Of a DNA stretch of 64,000 nt, positions 29,311-39,054 are shown piece by piece. The position numbers and the translations under genes were made by a program. Origin of the DNA: Amoebophrya sp. A120 (Eukaryota > Protista > Dinoflagellata); the NCBI GenBank assembly GCA_905178155.1, contig CAJINV010000031.1, positions 1 to 64,000 on the forward strand, given 5' to 3'. Position 1 is the stretch's first letter. Every line of letters starts with the position of its first letter. Under the pieces are notes generated by a model. It saw nothing but the letters and a program-made list of their open reading frames with translations. It ran no database searches and was not told the DNA's origin.

Positions 29311-31191
29311 TCACTTCTTCCCACCTCCCTTTTTGCCACCACCCTTGGCCTGCTCACCCTTACGCTTCTTGGCGGCCTCCTGCGACAAACGCTGACTCTC
29401 CTTGTACACACGAGCGGCTTCCTCTGGTCCGACGCGCTGCTCAAATTTCTCCTTCATTGTCTTGTACTCTGCAGGAGCGTGGTAAAACTTGCACCGGCCC
29501 GTCTGCTCAATCTTCTTACAGCGGCCGCGCAGTTCGCACCACAGCTTACCGTCGGCTTCCAGAACAGCACCCTGCGGGACAACACGGCCGTGGTTGTTGG
29601 AATCGGTTCCGCCCGCACCATAATAGGAAGACGGATGATCATCACCCTTCTTATTCCGGTAATGGTTGCTGTTGTGGTTGTATCGCCGATAACCCAATTC
29701 CATGAGTTTTTTCTGGGCGTCGTCTTCCCGATTCCCCGTTTCTCCGATCAGGGAGAGAAGGTCGGTTAACGCAGAGTTTTCATTTTTCCCGGCCGGAGTA
29801 ATCGAGTCTTCGCGTCGTTTTTCGTCGTAAGTGTACCGAGCAGAGTCGGCACACACGCGCTCCACTTCTTCAACGAAAGTATCGTAGTCGTATTGCAAAT
29901 CCCGGATCCGGTGACTATTCAAAAGCTGGCGGGTGATGTGCGAAATACACAGCCCGCGCAATGCGATTTCAATTTTTGAATTATCGGATCTCTTACTCCC
30001 CGCGAGTTCCAACTCGCGATCAAAGATCACACCCAAAAGGACTACGAATTCCTTTGGATGGAGTCCATCCGGACGCACCACCATGGGAAGTTTGTTTTCG
30101 ATGCCCGCCTGTACGCCCTCGCGTCGCAACGAGTAGCGTTGTTGGAGGATGATCATTTTGTCGGATAAATTCGGCCCCGATCGATCGGCAAGCGCATGAT
30201 GCACGGGAGCGTTGCCAAAGGAACCCAACATCACCTTTTCGGCCAACTTGATCTGGTCCACTCCCGGAAGACGCAGGAGCGTGCTTGCCCACGTGAACAT
30301 TTGGGAATTCCAGCGCCGGAAGGAACTGATGTTCAACTTTGGCGGTTGTTCCAAGGTACGTAGTTCTACCTTTTCGAGTTCGGTCAGCGTGGTCTTGCCC
30401 GGTTGCGGCTTAATGTCCCGGAGAGACGCCCAGTCCAACTGGTCTATTCTCTCTTCTCCCCTCTGGTCAAACTTCGACTTCCGGTTCCCCTCGACTTCTT
30501 CCAGCCGACTGGCTAGCAGCTCGCACTTCTGGTTGTTTTGGTTCAGCAAATCCTGCAGCTCGGGCGACAAATTCAATGCCGCGGCGGCATGCGAGATCGA
30601 GCCCGGAGATGTAGAAGACGGAGTGCTGGCTTTGTTGTTCAGCACAGCTTCTTCGATCGGAAAAAGCTTCCGCGGAGCGACAAGCTCCGGAGACGAAGGA
30701 GCGGTCTCGCGCAGCAGGCCGGGCGGAGAACGGATGTCCCCTTTTCCGCTGGAAGCGAACATTCCATCAAAAAGATTACCATCGTAATCTTCCGCTCCGT
30801 ACACCGCGGCTGTTTCTTTCCCGGGCGAATTAACGTCCAGGCCGCCATGCGTTTTCCATTCTTCTTTCGAATAGTGGACTGGAGTCAAAGTTTCTCCCGA
30901 GTGCGCGCGACGATGTTTTTCCATCGCGACTTCGACCAACCGTTGCAACTCCTCATCGCGTGCTTTCTTCTTCTCCTTCTCCTTTATTTGATATGCCTGC
31001 GTATTGCAGATGCGATTAATGAAATCGAAGCAACAGGTTACCACTTTGTTACTTTTACTGGTAGAAAGTTGTAGCTTGCGAAGTTGTTTTTCGAAGTTGT
31101 AGCGTAGCGGGACAAAGAAGAAAAATCCACACGGATTTCGGGACGCTGAAGAAGGTAGTTGCTTTTCACAAATGTTCCGGCTGTCTTCCAC
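29311..31191 (-). CDS. gag: Gag-like protein of element B with C-terminal CCCH-type zinc finger
   Basis: Immediately upstream of pol. FRRWNSQMFTW capsid-like motif; CELRGRCKKIEQTGRCKFYH; basic GGKKGGGKK tail. Start uncertain (GTG 31191; first ATG 30924). Confidence 0.75.
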   Translation of the reverse strand: MEDSRNICEKQLPSSASRNPCGFFFFVPLRYNFEKQLRKLQLSTSKSNKVVTCCFDFINRICNTQAYQIKEKEKKKARDEELQRLVEVAMEKHRRAHSGETLTPVHYSKEEWKTHGGLDVNSPGKETAAVYGAEDYDGNLFDGMFASSGKGDIRSPPGLLRETAPSSPELVAPRKLFPIEEAVLNNKASTPSSTSPGSISHAAAALNLSPELQDLLNQNNQKCELLASRLEEVEGNRKSKFDQRGEERIDQLDWASLRDIKPQPGKTTLTELEKVELRTLEQPPKLNISSFRRWNSQMFTWASTLLRLPGVDQIKLAEKVMLGSFGNAPVHHALADRSGPNLSDKMIILQQRYSLRREGVQAGIENKLPMVVRPDGLHPKEFVVLLGVIFDRELELAGSKRSDNSKIEIALRGLCISHITRQLLNSHRIRDLQYDYDTFVEEVERVCADSARYTYDEKRREDSITPAGKNENSALTDLLSLIGETGNREDDAQKKLMELGYRRYNHNSNHYRNKKGDDHPSSYYGAGGTDSNNHGRVVPQGAVLEADGKLWCELRGRCKKIEQTGRCKFYHAPAEYKTMKEKFEQRVGPEEAARVYKESQRLSQEAAKKRKGEQAKGGGKKGGGKK

Positions 31192-31315
31192 TGTAGTTGT
31201 GTGTTTTACTGTTGGCTTTCCTGGTACGAACCGACTGCTTGTTTTAGTTGAGGACGTACCGAAAATTCCTTTTTGTTCTGCACGGTGTGTCCGAAATTAT
31301 TGGACGAAACCGAAA

Positions 31316-32176
31316 TCAGCTTGCGCTGAGATAGCCTTCCGAATCTGTACGACTACTTTCGCTAGGTTGAAATTGCACGTGGCGGTGCTCGTATTCCAGC
31401 GGGTACAGTCCACGACGAACGATGTCAGGGCAGAGGTAGAAACTGCCAAGTGCGTCTTGTAGACCGACAAACGGAGCGCCACTGTTACGAAGGTAGTTGA
31501 AGTATCGGTTTCTATTCAGATCGCCGAATCCGCTTTCTGCTTCTGGACGAATAAGAGGATCCGCTATGCCATCAAAATTTTCTTCCTCCGGTTGGTTGTC
31601 GTATACCGTACGGAAACTGGGACGAGGAGTTAACGGGCGAATGCACCGGTAAGCCACGAAATTCAGGTCGTGGGGCTTTGTCCAGGCGTAGTATCCGTGG
31701 CGGTTTTTATTGGACGGATGGTTCCTGTTGAGGACGATCAAGCAACTCTTCGAAAAGAACGCAATATGCTGATGGTTGCAGGCAAATGCAGCTTCTTCCT
31801 CCGGCAAGATTTGTTTTGCGCTGTGCGTCGGAAGTAATTCTGCGTATTCCAGCAGAGCGACCGTGACCAGCTTCTTCTTGCCTTCTCCTCTTCTAGGACG
31901 CAGCTGCGGTAGAACTACCAGAGCTTCTACTCCAGACCAGTGCAAAAATTGCAAGATGTGCGCGCCCAGAATTGTTTCGTAGTTTCCTACTGTTCCGACC
32001 AAGGACCTTGCTGCGAAACCGGACTTCAAATATTCCTGCGGTCCTGTTTTAGCAAGACCAGCGGGAAGCTGGTGTCGACGGTGCTGGTGCAGATCGTGAA
32101 GCTGTTTAAAGGCAGGGCTCTCGCAAAGACAATAAACTGGTTCGTTAATTTCTGCCGTAAGGGCTAAATTACCCAT
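31316..32176 (-). CDS. Element B upstream accessory protein, 286 aa, unknown function
   Basis: ATG-started intact ORF 15 bp after the previous stop; globular composition. Confidence 0.65.
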   Translation of the reverse strand: MGNLALTAEINEPVYCLCESPAFKQLHDLHQHRRHQLPAGLAKTGPQEYLKSGFAARSLVGTVGNYETILGAHILQFLHWSGVEALVVLPQLRPRRGEGKKKLVTVALLEYAELLPTHSAKQILPEEEAAFACNHQHIAFFSKSCLIVLNRNHPSNKNRHGYYAWTKPHDLNFVAYRCIRPLTPRPSFRTVYDNQPEEENFDGIADPLIRPEAESGFGDLNRNRYFNYLRNSGAPFVGLQDALGSFYLCPDIVRRGLYPLEYEHRHVQFQPSESSRTDSEGYLSAS

Positions 32177-32191
32177 GCGCTACTGCCGTTC

Positions 32192-32707
32192 CTAGTTCTC
32201 TGGCTCGGGTTCAAAATCCCAGCTGCGGCACGTAGTCGCGTTTTTGTATCCGGATAGGGAGAGCGGGTGCGTTTTGTACTGGTCTGCTTGTAGAATTCGC
32301 TTCGTAGGAATGTGCTGCGGAATCAATTCTACTTCTTGGGCGGTTGGTCCTAGCGAGATATCCAGGAAGTTGTATTTCTCGCCAAGCTTGACGTTGCAAA
32401 AAGCGTAGTGCAAACTGCCGGCGCGGCTGAACCAAACTGCTAGTGGTGCGAAGCGAGCGGCAATTCGAATTTCCAAGAAGTGAAATGCAGTGAAACACTC
32501 CTCGGCGTAGAATCGTTCAAGGGATTTCTGCTTTTTCCTATCTTTGTTCCTCCACCGGAGATGTTCACAGCCCCCGGACTGACAACGAAGGACACAGAGT
32601 TCGTGCTGGATTGTATCTAGAATCCAGATGGCGTTTTTGTTTCTTCTTCCGGTTTTATCTTTCACCCACCGGCTCAACGGTTTCTCACCAATTATCTCCC
32701 ACCACAT
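32192..32707 (-). CDS. Element B upstream accessory protein, 171 aa, unknown function
   Basis: ATG 7 bp after the stop of the RING ORF; Cys/His cluster HELCVLRCQSGGCEH. Confidence 0.6.
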   Translation of the reverse strand: MWWEIIGEKPLSRWVKDKTGRRNKNAIWILDTIQHELCVLRCQSGGCEHLRWRNKDRKKQKSLERFYAEECFTAFHFLEIRIAARFAPLAVWFSRAGSLHYAFCNVKLGEKYNFLDISLGPTAQEVELIPQHIPTKRILQADQYKTHPLSLSGYKNATTCRSWDFEPEPEN

Positions 32708-32714
32708 AAAAGGT

Positions 32715-34160
32715 TCAAGCCGTGAAGTTTTGTATTAAACTATTGACCAATTCCCTGCAAATCGGACAGCGCGCGTCGTGTTGCAAAGCCCGCTCTGCGC
32801 AAGGAATACAACAGACGGCATGTCCCGTGCGACCGTGTACAAATGTGGCGTCGGACTCAACTTCCATACACACAATGCATGGATTATGCAGTCGGTGTGA
32901 TGCAGTAGAGTGGGCAGGAGACGGTGGTGGAATCGGAGTGCGGTACTGGTTCAACGAAGAGCTGTTGTTGTTTACTTGTCTCGGTGAAATCAAACCCTGC
33001 ACTACTCGGCTGAAAAAACCCCCGCGAGACGGAGATGACTGCTCGATTTCGTTTAAAGAGCTGGCAGCTTCAGGCAAGGCTGAAACAGGATTCGAACTGC
33101 TGCTGCTCTGTTCCTGACGCTGTTGTTCTTGTCGTGCACGAAGATCGGCAATCAAAATGCGCTGTCTCTCGATAGCAGCCGGGTTGTCTCTAAACGGTTG
33201 GTCAGACAGACGAGCGGCTTGTTGCTGTAAGCCGAAAGTTTCCTGTAGAAATTGTGCTGCTCGGCCGTTTTGGAAATGGAGGACTCTTGCTTGACGGTTT
33301 CGTTCCTGTTCTAATTCCTGCAAGCGAGTAAACTGACGATCGGCCAAATTTTCTATTGTTGTCTCCGTCGTGGCGTTTTGTGCCGGATTTTCCACCGCAG
33401 CTTCCTCGGCAATAGCAGCAATTCTGTCGCGCGGAGTGTATTCGGGTTCTTCACGGCGCGGTAAAATTGTTCTCCAGGAAGGGTCTCTTCGTTCGCGCTG
33501 CAGACGGTGTCTCTCGCTCTCCTGGTTTATTTCAAAAAATGTCCGTGGATTTTGTTGATTTCCCCAGAATGCGGGAAGACGGTCTGCCGGTCCTGGTACT
33601 GCTCTGTCTGCTCTGCTCGGTGTTACGACTTGACAAAAGCGCGGATGCTCGTACAAAAACGTGTCCACGTCGAGATTGCGGCGTGCCGTATTTTGTATTC
33701 TTTCCTCTGCAGCCGTGCGGTCCAAAAACACAGTCAGAGCTTCTCGATCACCAATGACGTTCGTGAAGTTGTGGCTGATATCGTTGGAATTTCGTTCTAT
33801 TAGATCCCGGAGATCGTCGCCGTCTAAGAGTTGTCTTGCCCCTCTCACTACTTGTGCTGGTTGACCGGTGCGAAAGCGACGGTAGTTTGGGAAGCGAAGA
33901 TCTGGACGGTTCACCAAGTTGCAGTACTGAATGGAGCCGATCAGATCGCGTTCTCCGCTTGGTAGATAGTTGTTGTGCCGGTCGATAATAATTATCACTC
34001 CTCTTCTCCAGTGTCGTTGATGCCAAACAGGTTCAAGATTTCGGATATCCGTGTGCAATTGCTCGAGATTCAGGTAGTTATAAAGTAAGCCGTTCTCGAT
34101 GGTAACAGTAGGCGGAAAGTAATCGTGACGTGGTTGATCAGGAGCTTGCTGGTTTTGCAT
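32715..34160 (-). CDS. Element B upstream accessory protein with C-terminal MDM2/MDM4-type (C2H2C4) RING finger, putative E3 ubiquitin ligase
   Basis: PCIVCMEVESDATFVHGRTGHAVCCIPCAERALQHDARCPICRELV at the extreme C-terminus. First ATG at 34160, preceded by TTTTTTTACCTCCAG. Confidence 0.85.
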   Translation of the reverse strand: MQNQQAPDQPRHDYFPPTVTIENGLLYNYLNLEQLHTDIRNLEPVWHQRHWRRGVIIIIDRHNNYLPSGERDLIGSIQYCNLVNRPDLRFPNYRRFRTGQPAQVVRGARQLLDGDDLRDLIERNSNDISHNFTNVIGDREALTVFLDRTAAEERIQNTARRNLDVDTFLYEHPRFCQVVTPSRADRAVPGPADRLPAFWGNQQNPRTFFEINQESERHRLQRERRDPSWRTILPRREEPEYTPRDRIAAIAEEAAVENPAQNATTETTIENLADRQFTRLQELEQERNRQARVLHFQNGRAAQFLQETFGLQQQAARLSDQPFRDNPAAIERQRILIADLRARQEQQRQEQSSSSSNPVSALPEAASSLNEIEQSSPSRGGFFSRVVQGLISPRQVNNNSSSLNQYRTPIPPPSPAHSTASHRLHNPCIVCMEVESDATFVHGRTGHAVCCIPCAERALQHDARCPICRELVNSLIQNFTA

Positions 34161-34461
34161 ACGTCGCGCTGGAGGTAAAAAAATTTTTGGTAGTATCTGC
34201 TTCTTTTTAACACGCGGATCGAACGAAGGCAATCATTTCGTCGATACCAAGGTTTATTGTTTTTCTTGCTTCTTCTAGTTGATCGACAATGAAATCTTGC
34301 AGCGCGGAAAGCATAAAATTAGACAAAAATCACCTGGGTGATTTGTCTTTACAGACAAAATCACTTTCCTGCTTCTTGCTCAGCACAAACTGGTGCGGTA
34401 TGTACGACAGGTAGTACTTGCTGCTCTTCGGTTTTCGACGTGACGGAGGTTTACTAGGCTC

Positions 34462-34473
34462 TGGGGCTCACCA
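34462..34473 (-). other. Primer-binding site of element B (non-Met tRNA, possibly Trp)
   Basis: Minus strand TGGTGAGCCCCA directly abuts the 5' LTR; complementary to a tRNA ending ...GGGGCUCACCA. The tRNA identity is a guess. Confidence 0.7.
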
Positions 34474-35314
34474 TACCAGAAATGGATCACAGTCCGATTC
34501 TGTAATGCGTGAACAACCGACAGAGATTCACCGATGAAACGACGTAGACGACGACGCGACGGACGACGGACACCGGACGTATGGACGACGACACCGATGA
34601 GAAATCAGTTCGTCTTCTCCACAATGACCATACGATTTTGTTGAAGAATAATTTTTCACACGAAGTGAAAATCACGACCGAGTTGACCGATGATTTTGAT
34701 TTTAGTTTTAGTTGTACAAGCGCAAGAGAAAAGCCGCCATATCCCGTAAAAATGCAATAGAATTGCAAGATAGACGATCCGGAAAGGAAGGTCGTTTGTT
34801 ATTTTTTGGATATTTTTCCTTGCGGGTACAGTGAGAAAAAAGTTGTATTCCGAAGAGCAAACAAGTTACTCAGCAATCCTATTCTGTTGAATTTGTGATG
34901 CGATTTATTCTTGTCATGGTTTGTTGTTACATCGGCATCATCGTCTGGAAAACAAGAAAAAAATCTCTCCATATTTCCTTAGTTTTACTTGCTTTTTCCT
35001 TCACCAAAAAAAATAATTGAATGCTAGATGCTCGCGTTAGTTCTCCTAGTGCCACATCGTGCGAGAAAAAAAGAATTCCCTCGCTTCGTTGTCCACCGAA
35101 AAAACATTGATAACACAGAATAAGGCATAGTTTTTGTATAAGACCTGTTGTCCACTTGGCACGAAGAAAAAATAGAAGAAATTTCATCGATGTAGAGGTC
35201 AAATACTTTTGCATACTAGACTTACGTGAGGACAAAAAAAGATTATTGCGACAACGTGCTAGATGCTTTTTACGATTAGTTGTAATTGTTTCAACCGTTC
35301 ATCAAAACTTGATT

Positions 35315-36941
35315 TCACAAAAACTCCCCAAAACGACTGTTGTTCTTTCCGGTAGCGGCGCCAGCAGCGGACGACGTCGATCCCCCGGCGCAGCCCTTGA
35401 AGAAGGTTTTCTTTTCCATCATTTTTCCTCCATTCGACGTACTCGATTGTCCTGCTGTTAACCGCTCGTGGATGGCGTGGCGGTCCTTGCTGTCGGGGAC
35501 AAAACCGCACAACTGGTCCGGGGTGACCGTTTCAAGCCACTGCAAAGATGTAAATTTATCTTTGCCGCGTGGACCGCATTCGAGACTGGCCTGTTGGTAA
35601 TCAAGTTTCCAACTGCCGTCGAGACTCTTGTATCCCGGGATCGTCAAATGACTGAGCTTGTCTATGCATGACAAACTCGCACTCATGGCCTTGTCCGTCT
35701 CTTCCTGCATCTCCTCGGAAACCATTTTTCCTCCCTTTTCGAATTTCCTCCACCGAATAACTTCTTTCTCCAACACAGTGCATTGAAGCTGCGTTTTATC
35801 TTGGTAGTTCTGGAACCGCTCCAACAACTTGTCGTGCCGTTTGTTGCACAGCGAGATGGAGACTGCGTGCGCCTGCACCTGTTGCTGGTTCTGCTGCCGC
35901 AAGAGAAGGATCTCTTGACGTTGCGTTTTAATCACCTTTTCACGCTCGGCAAGACAAGCATCAAGGTGACAGATTCCGCCTTCCGGGAAGTTGGAGGCAG
36001 TAATAGACTCGAGGCCAAGTCGTTCTCGGTCCGGCGATTCGACATTCTCCCGCGGGTGCTGGTGGAAAAGAAGTTTGTGGTCAGGCGGGAGCAAAAAGGT
36101 CGAAAGCGCTGCCGCTTTCTTACCGCACGGCGACAGGACGTAACATTCCACTTTTCCAACTACTTCCCGTCCCAAGCAGGGTTGTTTTACTCCCAACTTG
36201 TCGGCACCGACGATCTGCAGGCTGAGGTTGCTGGCATCCTCATACTTCCCCCGGAGATAAGTGTATTCTTCCGGCTGGAAGAGATCGGCCGGAGGTTCCA
36301 CGCGTTGGCGCTTCGCGGGTGACAACTCGATGTCATCCAGAGCGTGAAGCACGTAGTCGACGTCGTACTCCTGCATGGCCGCGGTGGAACCAGAGGGCTT
36401 GTCGGAAGAAACAGTGCTGTGGTACAGGGCAGCAACATCTTCTTGGTCGGAAATCAGACCGGTGGAAGGCAAGGAGCGGATAATCGGTCCATCATGAGCA
36501 GCGGGCACCGAAGAACTCGGCCCTTTTTCCCCGTGGTGATGACCCTTCTCCACGACCAACTGCGGTAGCATTTCCAAATCCTTTCCTTTCCCTTTCTCGG
36601 TGGGCTTGGAGTTGTACGATTCTAAGTCACGCAGCACTTTTTCGTGTTCCTCGTCGATTTCGCGGAGCAGAACACGGGCTTCAGCGTCACCGTCTTGTTC
36701 CACCGCTGGGGCAGCGGCGGGCGCTGCAGCTGTCACTTCTTGTTCTACCGCCGGGACAACGACGGACGTAACAGCCGAAACTTCTACTGGAGCGGACGAC
36801 GCAGGCAACGTGGGATTAGTTTCCGGCTCGGGGATGTTGGGGACAGCAATCACCGGCGGAATCCGGTAGGGTCCAGTCGACGGCAAGAGCCACCGATGCG
36901 GCAAGACCACCGGACCGGGCGAGAATATGGAACTCGATGGC
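35315..36941 (-). CDS. Second copy of the LTR-encoded protein (5' part lost in the assembly gap)
   Basis: Near-identical translation to 17358-18984. Confidence 0.75.
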
Positions 36942-37041
36942 NNNNNNNNNNNNNNNNNNNNNNNNNNNNNNNNNNNNNNNNNNNNNNNNNNNNNNNNNNN
37001 NNNNNNNNNNNNNNNNNNNNNNNNNNNNNNNNNNNNNNNNN
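36942..37041. other. Assembly gap (100 N)
   Basis: Run of N. Confidence 1.
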
Positions 37042-37349
37042 AATTTGGTAAGCGCAGCAAACAAATTCTTCCGCTTACCGCTGTGGTGCAGCATCACCCA
37101 TGAGTTTCTGTCTTTGCAGAAAACCCACAAAGGCTTACGCAGCCGCAACTCTTCTGCATGCTCCGCAATTTGTTTGATTCCAATTTCTCCCTGGTAAAAC
37201 TGGACCTGTGGCGCAACTGAAGCAAAATAATTTGCAGCAGATGTAATTACTTCCAAATCACCCGGCTCAGTGGTGATTTTTGGTATATTTCCAATATTTG
37301 CCTTTATAAGGCTGCTATTTGCTTATATTGTCCCTGAGAATGCTGGTAT

Positions 37350-38480
37350 GTGCGGAGCTTTTCCTCGGTGCAGCTTCTATGAGCGGAGATTTTCCCTTCA
37401 CATGTTCCCATGTGCAGAAGTTTTCTTATATGACACTGCCAGGTGTGGGGATTTTCCCTCACTTTCCCTCAAAAGGCTTCCAGGGGCAGAGATTTTCCCT
37501 TGTAGGGAAGCAACGGTCGGAGTTTTTCCCTTGCGGGGCCGTTGGGTGCGGAGGTTTTACACTGTGGCACGACCGGCGGCGGAAAGTTTATTGTGTGGGG
37601 CCAATAGCTGCGGACATCTTACCTTGTTGGGCCGCCCGCTGCGGAGATTTTTCCTTGCGGGACCACCCGCCCGGTCCGGCCTACCGCCCCTTGGCGGGGG
37701 CGGTCGCGAGGGTCAACTCCCGCGCGCCCCCGCAAGGGTCAGCTCCCGCGTGCCCCCGCGAGGGTCAAGTCCCGCCCTTTCCGGGGGCCGGACGGCGCCC
37801 CGGGGCCCCCGCAGGGGCCAAATCCTGCTTCGGGCGGGGGCCGGGCGCCCCGTGTCCCCCGCAAGGGCCAAATCCCGCCCCGGGCGGCCCCGGGGCCCCC
37901 GCGTGGGCCAGATCCTGCTTGGGCCGGGGGCCGGGCGCCCCGAGGCCCCCGCAAGGTTCAAGTCCCGCCCTATGCGGGGGCGGCCGCGCGGGTCAAATCC
38001 CGCGCGCCCCCGCAAGGGTCAGATCCCGCCTCGGGCGGGGGCCGGGCGGCGCGGCGCCCCGAGGCCCCCGCAAGGGCCAAATCCTGCTCCGAAGGGCGGC
38101 CGGGCGCCCCGGGATCCCCGTAGAGGCCAAATCCCGCGCGCCGCCGCGCGGGTCAAATCCCGCCCCGGCCGGGCGGGGGCCGGGCGACGCCCCGGGGCCC
38201 CCTTAGGGGCCAGATACTGCTCCGGGCGGGGTCCGGCGCCCCGGGGCCCCCGAAAGGGCCAAATCCCGCCCTTGGCGGGGGCGGCCGCGAGGGTCAAATC
38301 CCGCGCGCCCCCGCCAGGGCCAAATCCTGCTTCGGGCGCGGGCCGGGCGCCCCGGGGCCCCCGCGAGGTGCGGCGTACCGCCCCCCCCCCCCCGCGCTAG
38401 CGAGGTGCGCGCGCGAAGCGCAGGGTGCAGGGCAGGCCCCCGCGCTAGCGCGGTGCGCTAGCGAGGTGCGGCGACCGCCC
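37350..38480. repeat. Degenerate tandem repeats: GAGATTTTCCCT-type units, then a very GC-rich minisatellite (CCCCGCAAGGG[T/C]CAAATCC core)
   Basis: Recurring cores every ~25-60 bp; the ORFs across it are repeat translations. Confidence 0.8.
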
Positions 38481-39054
38481 GGGCACCGGGGCCCGCGGCT
38501 CGCTGGCCCCGCGCGCGCAGAACTAGCGCGTTTTCGGGTCGGCCCCGGCGCGCGCCGCAAATTGCGGGGCATTGCGGTCTTCGGCACAAGACGCGCTCCC
38601 TTTTTAAAGCCCGGGGCCGAGGGGCCGCTCGGGGAGCCCGCCTGCCGCGGACCGCGCCCCATGGCGCGACCTTCTTTCTCAATTCTTAGGGGCCATTGCT
38701 GTCCCTGTTTTGAGAACATCATTCCGCCGCCCAATTTTCGTGCCGGCTTTAAGAGGCTCAATACCGAACGGCATTTCATTTTGACAAGGGTCCTTAGACG
38801 GCAGCGCGTCTCTGGGCCACTTAAAATATCGCGCGCCCCGATCGGGCGGGGCCTCCGCTGTTCTTCGCCCGAGGCACCAATCGTGCTGGCTTCGACCTGC
38901 TGCGTGGTTGGCTTCCAACACTGTGCCTCGATGTTCCCGTTTGTGTCTCGTTAATTTTTCTAGTCTCCGAAGTACTTACTAGCCTTGGCGCCACTTCTTC
39001 ATGTAAGTCCCCAGGAAGCCACCTCGGCACGTCTCGTTTTGGAGCTGCTCCTTC

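Larger units (their letters stand above)
16517..37296 (-). mobile_element. Giant Ty1/copia LTR retrotransposon, element B (20.8 kb assembled, about 22.2 kb inferred)
   Basis: Direct repeats 16517-20722 and 34474-37296 (second one gapped); TSD TTTGC at 16512-16516 and 37297-37301; PBS at 34462-34473; PPT at 20723-20740; order PR-IN-RT-RH. Confidence 0.95.
34474..37296 (-). repeat. 5' LTR of element B (contains a 100-N gap standing in for about 1.48 kb)
   Basis: 34474-36941 matches 16517-18984, and 37042-37296 matches 20468-20722. Confidence 0.92.

Noticed and set aside
32120-32150. ING-type PHD finger (NEPVYCLC)
   Set aside because: Only the first two cysteines match; the remaining PHD ligands are not present at the expected spacing.
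34474-37296. Segmental duplication or tandem second element instead of an LTR
   Set aside because: The repeat boundaries coincide exactly with a PBS, a PPT and a matching 5-bp TSD.
37270-38954. Pro/Arg/Gly-rich ORFs of 160-376 aa
   Set aside because: Translations of a GC-rich minisatellite that is open in several frames on both strands.
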